Positions 39,297-52,554 of a stretch of DNA of 64,000 nt are shown piece after piece. The position numbers and the translations under genes are program-made. How positions within the stretch are numbered: position 1 is the first letter of the stretch; each line of letters opens with the position of its first letter. Origin of the DNA: Mobula hypostoma (lineage: Eukaryota); NCBI RefSeq assembly GCF_963921235.1, contig NC_086108.1, forward strand, positions 78,866,001 to 78,930,000, read 5' to 3'. Below the pieces are notes generated by a model. The model was not told the DNA's origin. It searched no databases and saw nothing but the letters and a program-made list of their open reading frames with translations.

Positions 39297-40739
39297 TATG
39301 GAGAAACATGGTCTGCGAGGATTGGGGAGTGAAATGAATTCAAGCTAAAGAATAGATCAGCCACATCTTACCAAAAGGCAGAGGTTGCTCATGGCTTCCC
39401 CCCGCCCCCCCCCATTCTTAATACATCTGAAACCCACACTGTTGATTCACCTTTACTTGTGTACATCATTGTGCTTCAGTTCATGCACACTGAATGTACG
39501 TAACATTCCCTGTACTGGAACCTATGATGTCAGCAATGCCCGGCATTGTGCACTAGTTCAAAGTTTGATAACTTTATTACCAAAATACATACATGTCGCC
39601 ACATACAGCCCTGAGATTTGTTTACTTGCATACATACTCAATAAATGCAATAATCATAATAGAATCAAAGACTGCAACAACCGGACAGACAACCAGGGTA
39701 CAAAAGTCAACAAACTGCAAATACAAAAAGAAAAAAAAACAAGAAGAAATAATAATAATAGTAATAATAATGAATAAATAAGCAATAAATATCAAGAATG
39801 TGTGATGAAGTCCTTGAAAGTGAGCCCATGATTGCAGGAACATTTCACTGATGGAATAAGTGAAGTTGAGTAAAGTTATCCCCTCTGGTTCAAGAGCCTG
39901 ATGGTTAAGGACTACTAAATTAAGTCATATACATTGTTTTATCTCAACGAGTATAAGATGAAGCCAAGTGTAGAGTGGGAATAAAACTGAGATTGTACAT
40001 TCCTAAAGTCCTATCACATATGACTAGCCCTATAGAAAGTAGGATTTATTCCAATGTACCTAATGAGTGCAACGGTGCAAATCGTTTCTGGGCTTTGATC
40101 CAGAATTTCTATCCCCAAGGAAGTTGTTGTTACCTGGCAACACAGCTGCAGACAAAAGGTGAATTCAACTGTGACATATTATCTTGCTGGAATCTGTGAG
40201 GATAATTTTTCTACTTAAACTTTACGAAGTACTGTATCCTGGCAGTTATGATACTGAAAGCAGCCACTATTCGTTTGCATTTTATCCTTGTTTTAATTGG
40301 GCAAAATGGATCATTTGTATATTCAGTCCCTAGCTTCCCAATTAATAAGGTTCTTGCTCCCATATGTTTCTAACAACAAGCTGGAGGTAAGCTTTACCAG
40401 CCAGTGTATTGGGAGGTTTTTCTCTTCCTCACTGCAACAATTCAATCTCCTTTCTTTCCTTTGGCTTTGGGATTGAGAATAGTTTGCTTTCTCAGCAGGT
40501 TTCTGGGTCCAGTTGGATCCTGGAGATGATATTATCCAAAAAGTTCTTTGGAGGTCAAGGACAAGGTGCAAATCTCGTGGTTACAGACATTTTATTAGAT
40601 GTTCATAACAAAGAAAGTTATACAGCAGTAACCAACTCTAACTGTAACTAATTCACTCTAACAAAGAACCTGCCTTGTGAGCTTTCTTATACTGAAAACT
40701 GGTTCAAGTTGGACTGAACAGGAAGTGAAAGGGTGAGTT

Positions 40740-41350
40740 AATAAATTTGCATATGACATGAAGGTTGGTGGTATTGTAGATAGTGTGCAAGGTTGTTATA
40801 GGTTACAACAGAACACTGACAGGGTGCAGAGAATGGGCTGAGAAGTAGCAGATGGATTTAATCAGAAAAGTATGAAAAGATACACTTTGGAAGGTCAAAC
40901 TTAAAGGCAGAATGCAAAGTTAATGGCAGGATTCTTCGCAGTGTGGAGGAACAGAGGGATCCTGGGGTGCATGAACATTGATCCCTTAAAGTTCAAGATT
41001 CAAGTTTGTTTAGTATCAATTCCAGTACACAAGTGTAAAGGAGAATGAAATAATTGTTACTCCAGATCTGATGCTAACTGATAAATTACAGAGTCTGGGC
41101 CTCTGTACCTCCCTCTGTAATTGGATCCTAGACTTCCTAACCGGAAGACCACAATCTGTGCAGACTGATGATAATAACTCCTCTTTGCTGACAATCAACA
41201 CTAGTGCACCTCAGGGGTGTGTGCTTAGCCCACTGCCCTACTCTCTATATACCCACAATTGCGTGGCTAGGCATAGCTCAAATATCATCGATAAATTTGT
41301 GGACGATACAACTATTGTTGGTAGAATCTCAGATGGAGACAAGAGGGCTA
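40740..41350 (+). mobile_element. CR1 RT fragment (40740-40990) and Rex1 RT fragment (41070-41350)
   Basis: KFAYDMKVGG-like CR1 motif; [10 protein letters not shown]...KFVDD. Confidence 0.7.
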
Positions 41351-41359
41351 CAGGAGCCA

Positions 41360-41806
41360 GAAACCGTCCTCTACCCAAGATCAACAAGAGAATCTTCTGC
41401 CGCCAGACTTGCGCAGTAATTCTGACATTAATATTTTTAAAGATAGACTCAATCAAATTAATTTAGGGGATCTAGTCAAAAAAGCTCACTTTACAATTTA
41501 ACTCTCACACCGTTCACACCGACTGCACGTTATAACAGCTGTCCGGCAGTGCTTGCGCAGTACCAAGCAGAAGCAGAAAAAGCACTGTTGTTGTGGTGTT
41601 GTCATGACAGCGTTTTCAGGATATCTCGTTTACCCCATCCACACTGCAACGCCCAACAATCATTTTCAAATTTACACACTTTGGAGAGTGTTTTAGAAAA
41701 GCTGCATTTTCGGGGGATGAAGATGCCGTTTCAGTGTGGACGAACTGTCAAAACGAAGAGAAAAAGCTTCGTTTTCAAAATTATCTGGCGTAGTGTGGAC
41801 GTAGCC
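41360..41806. mobile_element. One end of a PIF/Harbinger-like non-autonomous DNA element
   Basis: Terminal TAGTGTGGACGTAGCC followed by TCA; subterminal (C/T)AGTGTGGA / TCCACACTG repeats. Confidence 0.6.
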
Positions 41807-43748
41807 TCAGAAAGGCAGCGTCCATTATTAAGGACCCTCAGCACCCAGGCCATGCCCTTTTCTCACTGTTACCATCAAGTGGGAGGTACAGAAGCCTGAA
41901 GGCACACACTCAGTGATTCAGGAACAGCTTCTTCCCTTCCACCATCTGATTCCCAAATGGACATTGAACCCCTGAACACTACCTCACTTTTTTTTCATAT
42001 ATATTATTTCTGTTTTTGCACAATTTTTAATCTATTCAATATAGATATACTGTAATTGATTTACTTATTTATTTTTTCTTCTATATTATGTATTGCATTG
42101 AATTGCTGCTGCTATGTTTTTAACAAATTTCACGATACATGCCGGTGATAATAAACCTGATTCTGTTATGAAAACAAACTAAGATAAAGAACACAATAAT
42201 AAAAATAACTCAATATAAATACATAAGATACAGTAGCTTACATATATATAGACTGATTATATGTCCATAAAGTGACAGTAGGTAAAGAAGTACCTACATA
42301 AATACTAGTGGTAGAAGGAGTGTGATGGGGTGAGTTCATGGATGGAGGTGTTGATCGGCCTTACTACTTGGAGAAAGAACTGCTTTTGAGTCTGGTGGTC
42401 CTGGCGTGGATTCTATGTAGCCTCCTCCCTGAAGGGAGTGGGACAAACAATCCATGAACAGGGTGGGTGGGATTCTTCAAGATATTGCTGGCCTTTTACC
42501 GGCACCTTTCTGTATGTACTGCATGTTCTTAATGGTGGGTAGGCCAGTGTCAGTGATGAGTTGGGCAGTTTGGACTACCCGATGCAAAGCCTTCCTGTTG
42601 GGCACAATGCAGTTTCCGTACCATGCAATGAAGAAGCATGTGAGGATGCTCTCTACCACGCATCTGTAGAAGGACGGGAGAACTGATAAGCATAGTTGTG
42701 GTCTCTTCAGCCTTCTCACAAATTAGAGGCGTTGGTGAGCTTTCTCAATTCAAATACCTATGTCAGGATGCTGTTTATTGACTACAACTCAGCATTTAAC
42801 ACCATCATTCCTACAGTCCTGTTCAAAAAGCTACAGAACCTTGGCCTCTGTACCTGCCTCTGCAACTGGATCCTCGACTTCCTAACTGGAAGACCACAAC
42901 CTGTGCAGATTGGAAATAACATCTCTCCTTCGCTGACAATTAACACTGGCTCTCCACAGGAATGTGTGGTTAGCCCGTTGCTCCACTCTCTCTACACCCC
43001 TGACTATGTGGCTGGGCATAGTTCAAACAACATCTATAAATTTGCCGATGATACAACCATTGTTGGCAGAATTTCAGATGGCGACGACAGGGCATACAGG
43101 AGCGAGATATACCAGTTAGTCGAGTGATGTCGAAGCAACACTCAACCTGAGCAAGGCCAAAGAGCTGATTGTGGACTTCAAGAACAAACAGATGAGGGAA
43201 CACGAACCAATCATCATAGAGGGATCAGAAGTGGTGAGAGTGAGTAATTTCAAGTTCCTGGATGTCAAGATCTCCGAGGACCAAACCTGGACGTAACATA
43301 TTGATGCAGCTATAAAGAAGGCAGGACAGCGGCTATATTTCAATAGGAGTTTGAGGAGATTTAGTTTGTCTACTAAATCACTCAAAAACTTCTATAGGTG
43401 TACCGTGGAGAGCACTCTGACTGACTGCAATGTCTTGTTATAGGGGGGGGGGGTAGCTACGGCATAAGATCAAAATAAGTTGCAGGAACTTGTAAAATTA
43501 GTCAGCTCTAGCATGGATACCAGCCTCCGTAGAATAGAATCCAAGACATCTTCAAGGGGTGGTGCCTTAGGAAGGTGGTATCCATTATTAAGGATCCCCA
43601 CCACCCAGGGCATGCCCTCTTATTGTTCCTGTCACGAAAGAGGTACAGAAGCTTGAAGGCACACAAATAGCAATTCAGGAACAGCTTCTTCCCCTCTGCC
43701 ATCCAATTTCTAAATGGACATGAAACCCACGAACACCACCTCACTACC
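41807..43748. mobile_element. Cluster of Rex1/Babar fragments: 41807-42165(+), 42170-42742(-), 42745-43748(+)
   Basis: [15 protein letters not shown]...KFADD (ORF 42696-43127); FYRCVVESILT on the minus strand. Confidence 0.85.
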
Positions 43749-43751
43749 CCA

Positions 43752-44313
43752 CGTGCCTGGAGAGCCTCGGAGTTATGCAGAGCGGCCTCCAACGTATCAG
43801 CCAGCTCCATCACCAAACTTAGGGTAAGATCGGCTTTTTCCAGCAGCCGCTGGCGCACATACACTGACCTGGTCCCCGTGACGAAGGCGTCTCTCACTAG
43901 GAGTTCTGCATGCTGCGCCGCCGTCAGCTCCTGGCAATTGCAGGCTCGCACGAGCGTCCGTAGGGCCTGGACAAACTCAGCACTCGATTCCCCGGGGCGT
44001 TGTTGCCGTGTCGCTAAACGGTGCCGAGCATAGACGCTGTTTATCGGCCGCAGGTATTGTCTTTTGAGTGCGTTCATTGCGCCGTCGTAGTTCAGCTGGT
44101 CTCTGATCAGCGAATAGACCCGTGGACTGACCCTGGAGAGTAGAACTCTGCGTTTCGCTACGGAGTTGGTCGCTTTAATCTCCTCTAGATACGCTTTGAA
44201 GCAGGCCAGCCAGAGTTCGAAAGCCTTTCCAGCTTCAGGTGTTTGCGGATTGAGGTCTAATTTTTCTGGTCTCAGGGACTGTTCCATGTTTTAAAACGTA
44301 CAGCAAATAAACA
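43752..44313 (-). mobile_element. Second, truncated copy of the Gypsy leader and gag downstream of the 3' LTR
   Basis: ORF from 44287 is nearly identical to gag at 48469 for ~180 codons, then runs into antisense Rex1. Confidence 0.93.
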
Positions 44314-44520
44314 AAAGACTGAGGTTTGGTAAAATACTGAAAGGCTTTTATTCCCTGTACAATACGACCTCCACAGTGAGTGTCTGCCCCCGGACTGAGG
44401 GGGAGGGGCAAGGCGAACACCTTTATACAGGACTCTGTGGGAGGAGCCACAGGGGCAGTCAGCAGAGGGGTGTGTCCAGACAGGTAACCAAGTTACAACA
44501 TATATACATGGTTTACCACA
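44314..44520 (-). repeat. Gypsy 3' (shared) LTR, preceded by polypurine tract 44521-44540
   Basis: Direct repeat of 48516-48724; starts TGTGG; PPT AAAAAAAAAGGAGGGGTGAA; U5 end deleted. Confidence 0.92.
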
Positions 44521-44592
44521 TTCACCCCTCCTTTTTTTTTAAAAAAGAGTCCCGCGGGGTGAAGTGACTGACAATATTTACAAGAAGTATAT

Positions 44593-47500
44593 TTACAGGT
44601 TAAGTCTATCAGGCGGTGAAGTCCGTCGCTGTGATCTACGTAGCACTGGCGGTGATTGCACCGGCGATGGCGGTTGTGCTGGCTCCGGCCTGACTTCGGG
44701 TGCCAGCACGTTCGGCGTCGGTGATCCCTCGTGCGTGTGCGTCGCACCCGGTATGGGAGTGTCCTGTGGTGTCTGTATAGGGTTTGGGGTGCACGGTGTC
44801 TCGTAGGTACATACGTCGGTGGGTACGGGGTCAATAGTCACCACGGAGTGTTCAGGGTAGGGACCCGGAGCTCCTGCGGGCACCAGGTCGCGGATGGAGA
44901 CCGTGTCCTCCCGCCCATCAGGTAAAACCACGTAGGCATACTGGGGGTTCGCATGAAGTAAGTGAACCCTCTCGACTATCGGGGAGTATTTATTGCTCCT
45001 CGCATGTTTCCGGAGCAGCACTGGCCCCGGGGACGTCAGCCAAGATGGTAGGGTGGTTCCAGTGGCCGATTTACTGGGAAAAGAAAAGAGCCGCTCATGA
45101 GGGGTGGCATTGGTGGCTGTGCATAACAGGGAGCGGATGGAGTGGAGTGCCTCGGGAAGGACTTCCTGCCAGCGGGAGACCGGCAGTCCCTTTGACCTGA
45201 GGGCTAAGAGTGTGGCTTTCCACACTGTGCCATTCTCCTTCTCTACCTGTCCATTCCCCCGGGGATTATAGCTCGTGGTCCTACTGGTTGCAATTCCCCT
45301 AGCCAGTAGATATTGGCGCAGCTCGTCACTCATAAACGAAGACCCTCTGTCACTGTGGATATAGCATGGGTATCCAAACAGAGTGAAGAGCTTGCGCAGG
45401 GCTTTTATAACTGACGTGGTAGTGGTGTCGGGGCAGGGGATGGCGAAGGGGAACCGTGAGTACTCGTCAATTACGTTAAGAAAGTACACACTGTGTTCAA
45501 CGGAGGGAAGGGGGCCCTTAAGGTCAACACTCAGTCGCTCAAAGGGGCGGGTGGCCTTGATGAGTGGTGCCTTTTCGGGTCGGTAGAAGTGCGGTTTGCT
45601 CTCTGCGCAGACTTGGCAGTCCCTGGTCATCATCCTGATCTCCTCAAGGGAGTAAGGCAGGTTCCGGGCTTTCACGAAGTGGAAAAGCCGGGTGACTCCC
45701 GGGTGGCAAAGGTCTACATGTAGGGCGTATAGCCGGTCGATCTGCGCACTGGCGCATGTTCCCTGGGATAGGACATCGGAGAGCTCGTTGAGCTTCCCAG
45801 GCCTGTACATGATGTCATAGTTGTAGGTGGAGAGTCCGATTCTCCACCTCAGAATTTTATCATTTTTGATTTTGCTCCGCTGCTGATTATTAAACATGAA
45901 TGCGACTGAGCGCTGGTCAGTTAGCAGGGTGAACCCTTTGCCGGCAAGATAGTGCCTCCAGTGCCTTATAGCTTCCACTATGGCCTGGGCCTCTTTCTCT
46001 ACCGCAGAGTGCCGAATTTCAGGGCCTTGAAGGGTACGGGAAAAGAATGCCACTGGTCTTCCTGCCTGGTTGAGGGTAGCAGCCAGCGCAAAGTCGGAGG
46101 CGTCACTCTCTACTTGGAAGGGAATGGCCTCATCCACCGCATGCATTGCTGCTTTGGCAATGTCCCCTTTTATGCAGTTGAAGGCCGCGTGGGCCTCGGC
46201 AGAGAGGGGGAATGTGGTGGACTTGACCAGGGGGCGGGCCTTGTCTGCATAGTTAGAGACCCATTGGGCGTAATATGAAAAGAAGCCCAGGCACCTTTTG
46301 AGGGCTCTGAGGGTATTGGGAAGAGGGAGTTCCAATAAGGGGCGCATTCGGTCGGGGTCAGGGCCAATGACTCCATTCTCCACGACACACCCAAGGATAG
46401 CAAGTCGGGTGGTCCCAAATACACACTTGTCCTTGTTATAGGTGAGGTTGAAAGATTTGGCCGCTTGGAGAAATTTTTGGAGGTTGTTGTCGTGATCCTG
46501 CTGGTCGTGACCACAGATGGTGATGTTATCCAGATATGGGAACGTGGCCTTCAGTTGGCACTGGTCCACCATCCGGTTCATTGCCCTCTGGAAGACAGAT
46601 ACACCATTCGTGACACCAAAGGGGACGCGCAGGAATTGATAAAGCCTGCCGTCCCCCTCGAAGGCAGTGTAAGGGCGGTCCTCCCGGCGGATGGGGAGCT
46701 GATGGTAAGCGGATTTTAGGTCTATGGTCGAGTACACCTTGTACTGTGCTATCTGATTGACCATATCCGCAATGCAGGATAGAGGGGTACGCGTCGAGCT
46801 GCGTGAACCCATTGATGGTCTGGCTATAGTCCACGACCATCCTATTCTTCTCCCCATTCCGAACAACCACCACCTGCGCCCTCCAAGGACTTGTGCTTGC
46901 CTCAATGACCCCCTCCCTGAGCAGCCGCTGCACCTCCGACTTAATGAAAGCTCTGTCCCCTGCGCTGTACCTCCTGCTTTTAGTTGCCACAGGTTTACAG
47001 TCGGGGGTCAGGTTGGCGAACAGCGGTGGGGGAGGGATCCTGAGGGTGGAGAGGCTGCAAGTGGTGTCGGTAGTGTGGCAGTTAGCATGGTGTTGGGTGG
47101 GATGCGCGGGTCGGTGTGTGTGTGTAGTCAGTAGTGGGGTACGTGACATATCTCTACAAAGCAGGGGATTTATGACAGTAATTGGTGGGAGGGCCCCATC
47201 ATACTTCATTGTCACGCTTTTCAGGTGGCTCTGGAAGTCCAACCCCAACAGCACAGGGGCACACAGTTGAGGCAAGACCAGTAACGTAAAGTCCCAATAT
47301 TCTGTGCCCTGCACCACTAGTGTCGCTACACAACCCCCCCGGATGTCTACTGTATGCGACCTGGAGGCCACAGTGACCCCCCGACTTATCGGCCGTATCA
47401 AGAGTCCACAATGCTGCACCGTGGCCGGGTGGATAAAACTCTCCGTGCTGCCTGTGTCAAACAGGCAGCTTGTCCTGTGCCCCTCCACCAGGACGTCCAT

Positions 47501-48469
47501 CATTGACCTTGCGAGCTGGTGAGGAGCGCTTTGGTGGAGGGTCACGGAAGCCAGGGTGGGGTCGCTGTCTTGGTCCGGCGTGGTGGGGTGCCCCGAGAGC
47601 ACCCGTTGGTCGTAGGCGGTGGGAGGTGGCGCCGACCAAGATGGCCGCCCCCATGTCTCGCACGTGGTGGTGGCGTGCAGGGAAGATGGCGACCCCCACG
47701 TCTCGCATGCGGCGCTGCTCGATCCCGCTCGCGGTTTTGACTTACAGACCTTGGCGAAGTGGCCCTTCTTTCCGCAGCTGGAGCAGGTAGCTTGTCAGGC
47801 CGGACAGCGTTTCCGGGGGTGCTTCTCCAGTCCGCAGAAGTAGCACTTCGCGGACTCACGACTGGCGGCAGCCGAGGTCGATTCGCCAGCAGGTTGCGGG
47901 GTCTGCGGCACCCACGAGGCCATCGGGGGATCGCGTGCCTGGAGAGCCTTGGAGTTATGCAGAGCGGCCTCCAACGTAACAGCCAGCTCCATCGCCGAAT
48001 TTAGGGTAAGATCGGCTTTTTCCAGCAGCCGCTGGCGCACGTACACTGACCTGATCCCCGTGACGAAGGCGTCCCTCACTAGGAGCTCTGCATGCTGCGC
48101 CGCCGTCAGCTCCTGGCAATTGCAGGCTCGCACGAGCGTCCGTAGGGCCTGGACGAACTCAGCACTTGATTCCCCGGGGCGTTGTTGCCGTGTCGCTAAA
48201 CGGTGTCGAGCATAGACGCTGTTTATCGGCCGCAGGTATTGTCTTTTGAGTGCGTTCATTGCGCCGTCGTAGTTCGGCTGGTCTCTGATCAGCGAATAGA
48301 CCCGTGGACTGACCCTGGAGAGTAGAACTCTGCACTTCGCTACGGAGTTGGTCGCTTTAATCTCCTCTAGATACGCTTTGAAGCAGGCCAGCCAGAGTTC
48401 GAAAGCGTTTCCAGCTTCAGGTGTTTGCGGATCGAGGTCTAATTTTTCTGGTCTCAGGGACTGTTCCAT
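44593..48469 (-). pseudogene. Mag-like Ty3/Gypsy single gag-pol ORF (Gag, 2x CCHC, protease, RT, RNase H, integrase) with one stop and one frameshift
   Basis: ARHRLATRQQRPGES; CYFC..H..C and CSSC..GH..C; LFDTGS; IDLKSAYHQ, PFG, YLDN; DAS..E..TD; HHCC, DLKGP..DRG..E. TGA at 47797-47795 is in frame with the protease; +1 C at 46784-46787. Confidence 0.93.
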
Positions 48470-48495
48470 GTTTTAAAACGTACAGCAAATAAAAT

Positions 48496-48724
48496 TGAAG
48501 CACCTTCAATTACTCCAAAAGACTGAGGTTTGGTAAAATACTGAAAGGTTTTTATTCGCTGTGAAATACGACCTCCACAGTGAGTGTCTGCCCCTGGACT
48601 GTGGGGGAGGGGCAAGGCGAACACCTTTATACAGGATGCTGTGGGAGGAGCCACAGGGGCAGTCAGCAGAGGGGTGTGTCCAGACAGGTAACCGAGTTAC
48701 AACATATATACATGGTTTTCCACA
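48496..48724 (-). repeat. Gypsy 5' LTR (~229 bp, TG...CA)
   Basis: TATAAA at 48631-48626 and AATAAA at ~48556-48551. The 3' boundary is inferred from the CA dinucleotide because the other LTR is deleted there. Confidence 0.88.
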
Positions 48725-51345
48725 GTGAGTGCCTGGAACACAACGATAGAGACTGATACAATAGGGTCATTTAGGAAATTCTTAGACAAACACATGGAAG
48801 TGTTAGATTGATTGTGGTGTCAGTTTATACAGGTCAACATATTGTGGGCCAAATGGCCTACACTGTGATATACTGTTCTGTTTCTAACAAAAAGTTATAA
48901 GTCTCTACCAATGTCATTATTTGCGTGATTTTCTCCTCATAATTAGTGGATAATTTAGCTGACTTCATAAACTTTAAGAAAGAAAGTGATAGGTATGTCC
49001 AACAAAACAAGTGATTTCAATAGCTAATCACAGATAGTGGATAAGCAACAGAAAACCATGAGGCTTCTTTCCCATTCAGTGTAATGGCTGATCGTCGTCA
49101 ACGCTACTGCCTGCCCTCTCCCTCGATCCTGGGAGTTCAGAAAACCACTGATCACTCACTCATCTTGGCTTCTGAGTATGTGCCAGGGAGAGAACTGCAA
49201 AGATTCACAGCTACTTAAGAGTAAGATTTCCACCTCATCCTCAAACTTCAATAATCAGACACAACATAATGAATCATTTCTTTTGAAGGAAATTGTACCA
49301 GTACTATCTATCCTTAAAAGGTCTGTATTCAACCTACTTCAAATCCTTTTTTCGGATTTTGATGAAAGCCTTAAAAGCCCAATGAATAGATATAAATGGT
49401 TATTATGTGTGCAAAAGCAGCAGAACAGAATGTTCAAATTGTTTCTTTCAATAGTAGCTAAGCCAACAGGGTGCAAGGAGCCAATGACATTACGTGGAAA
49501 AAGCCAGCACACCCTGTCAAGGCTATTTATAAATGACTCCTGAGTCGACGTTCCCTCCCTCCTGTGGTGTTAAAATTGGTTATTACTACTTGGCTGAAAT
49601 GGACCAGTTTCTCATCTGAAGCACATTTGGTTGATATAGGTGGGAAATGCAGATGAAAAATACAGTGCTTCACATTCAATTTGCCATAGTGGGTTACCAC
49701 TTTGTTGTAGCAATTGAAACTAATTCCACTGCACTGCTTTCTCTTCATGACCTTGTGTATTTACTCAGCTTAAAAATGGCCATTCAATTTTCATTCATTA
49801 GATCCCAGATTTCTCAGTTTCAACCACCCTTTGTCAACATATTCCATTAGAAATTTGCATGGCTACATTTATAATGGAAATTAGCTCTTCCACACTGTAA
49901 TTAGAACCCATCTTCAATCAGAGTGATTCTTTTAATGTCTTTTAACGCTTGAATTAAAATCTTGACTGAAAAGTGTGAGCTTTGAAAATATACTATTTTA
50001 CAATAGATGAGAGAACTTTCAATCACACATGACCTACCAAAGCAATTGCAGAAATAGAAGGACATAAAGTGACCCCTTATCCTATGCAGACCTTCAATAT
50101 TTTTCTCTATTTGCCCTTAAAAGAAACTAAAAGAAATATTTTGAGGATTCAAACAAGTGATTAAATTTCTATCAATGTTATATATTGGCAGTTCTTATGA
50201 ACTTTAATTGGAACGTTGTACATTTGAACAGTATTCCAAGGGAGATGTACAGAAGGAAACAGCAGCTACTATACTGGTGGATTTTTTATTCAACAATTGT
50301 GGATAAAAATGATTGCTAACAAGATAAAATAGTAATAATACTTACAGGACAACAGTGGAAAGACTAACTGCAGTCATTTTGCAAACTTTGATACATAAAT
50401 GAAAGTTGTGGTTAAAATGGCTTTCTGAATTTTATCCCTTTGACCAAACTTTTGATATTTCATCACATTAAAAAGATACTTCTAAAACAGTGTTAATTGT
50501 AGATATGATCAATGTAATCCAGCAAATTATCCTTTGGACTTCACCCCTAACATCAGTAAAGTGATGAACAGAATGATCAATACTCCCATCAAACATCATC
50601 AGCAGATATATGCTAAGTGATACAGAATTCAGGTTATGTAGTAAGCATTCAACTCCAGATCTCATCATTCCATTGATCGAGGAATGCTCATAAAGCAGGA
50701 TATTGCAGGAGTGGTGGAGCTAGTTGCCTTCAATGGCAAAGCAGCATTTAAACAAGTAAGGCAAGGTTCAAGCCTAATATTTCTAGAGGGTCAGCAACAT
50801 ATTTAGCATTTTCTATTTTTGTTTCAGATTTGCAATACCTGCAGCATTTTGCTTTTCGATAACTAACAACTTCTATTCCAATTCAGCTTTTGTTTCTCTC
50901 TCTTGACAAATGTTGCCTGACCTGCTGGGATTTCCCAGCATCCTTCTTTATTCCACAGCTCCATCAACTGTGGAGTTCTGTGTCACACAAATTCCAACAG
51001 ATCTTTTTTTATCCTCTCCTCTGCTCTGTCTCTATTTACACCCCCTTCAGAGAGATCACCTACAAACAATTAACAAGCTTTCGGGCCCTTCTATTATCAA
51101 CATCGAAGTGTGTTTTCATTTCCCCCTCCATTCTAGCAAGATATCCTCTTTGTTCTCTTCACCCTTCCCTTCTTTTTGTAAGTTCAAACATGCATTTTTT
51201 CCTAAATGATCCCTGCTCTGATAAAAAAAACACTTCAAACCTGAATATTAAATATTTCTCTCTCCGTGGAAGCCGCCTGAAATACTGAAAACATAATACC
51301 TTGCCCCAGAATTTCTGCTTCCATGATAACAAAGCAATAACTGTC

Positions 51346-51928
51346 CACCAGAGAAAGCAGGATCTCCCAGTGGCAACACATTTTAATTCCACATCCCATT
51401 CCCACTCTGACATGTCTATCTACGGCCTCCTCTACTGTAAAGATGAAGCCACACTCAGGTTGGAGGAACAACACCTTATATTCCATCTGGGTAGCCTCCA
51501 ACCTGATGGCATGAACATCGACTTTTCTAACTTCCACTAATGCCCCACCTCCCCCTCGTACCCCATCCGCTATTTATTTTTATACACACATTCTTTCTCT
51601 CACCCTCCTTTTTCTCCCTCTATCCCTCTGACTATACCCCTTGCCCATCCTCTGGGCTCCCCCCCCCGCCCTTTTCCTTCTCCCTGGGCCTCCTGTCCCA
51701 TGATCCTCTCATATCCCTTTTGCCAATCACCTGTCCAGCTCTTGGCTCCATCTCTCCCCCTCCTATCTTCTCCTATCATTTTGGATCTCCCCCTCCCCCT
51801 TTCAAATTTCTTACTAACTCTTCCTTCAGTTAGTCCTGACGAAGGGTCTCGGCCTGAAACTTCGACTGTACCTCCTCCTAGAGATGCTGCCTGGCCTGTT
51901 GCGTTCACCAGCAACTTTGATGTGTTGC
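51346..51928 (+). mobile_element. 5'-truncated non-inverted PLE (GIY-YIG end and pLTR)
   Basis: TSD GCAATAACTGTC at 51334-51345 and 51927-51938; hammerhead variant GAAACTTC. Confidence 0.92.
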
Positions 51929-52554
51929 AATAACTGTCGTAATGTTACATCACATAGTACCCATGACATTCAAACTGTCCCAAACGTTTAGCTAAAATTA
52001 TCAGAATCTTGCTTGATTTTCAATAACGTACAGCAGTTCAAAGCACTTTCAAATGTATAGCTGCCTACTGTCAGGTGCTCAGGGGAGGACACCGTTGATA
52101 CTTTCTGCTGCATGAAATCTATTGCTATAACATATAAAGAGGCAAGTTCCCAACAGAAAGTGAAGCTGGATGTACTAGTAGTGAATGCAGATACTCCACA
52201 TAAACCACTTCAATTTTTAATGGCTTATTTAATTCACAAAATATTGTTAATTGGAGCCCTGGTTTCAGCTATCCCGTGTGATTAAACATCTTGGTGTAAA
52301 ATTGTTGACAATTATTTTCTTCCTGGACTTGGTCAGTGACTTATGATTATACAGTTGGGTACAATTATTGTTCATAATAGTGACTGAATCACAAGAGCTA
52401 TTTGGTACATATATGTAACAAAATAGGTCAAAGGTATGCCAGGATTTTGTGTGTGATGTATGGTCTTTGCAGAGGGTTAAGTGCTCTGGGGAAACTGGGG
52501 TGGGGAATGGTTTTATCAAACGGCTGCAATTGATGTATCGAAGGAATGGGGAAG

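Noticed and set aside
43508..44287. 259 aa ORF as a domesticated Gag fusion gene
   Set aside because: The C-terminus is antisense Rex1 read-through, the gag part is nearly identical to the neighbouring element, and nothing indicates selection.
46784..46787. Programmed frameshift between protease and RT
   Set aside because: It falls inside the RT motif DAYPLP, in a C run, with no slippery heptamer, so it looks like a 1 bp insertion mutation.
47795..47797. TGA in gag as programmed readthrough or selenocysteine
   Set aside because: It lies between the two zinc knuckles where Arg (CGA) fits. CpG deamination is the simpler explanation, and no SECIS-like element was identified.
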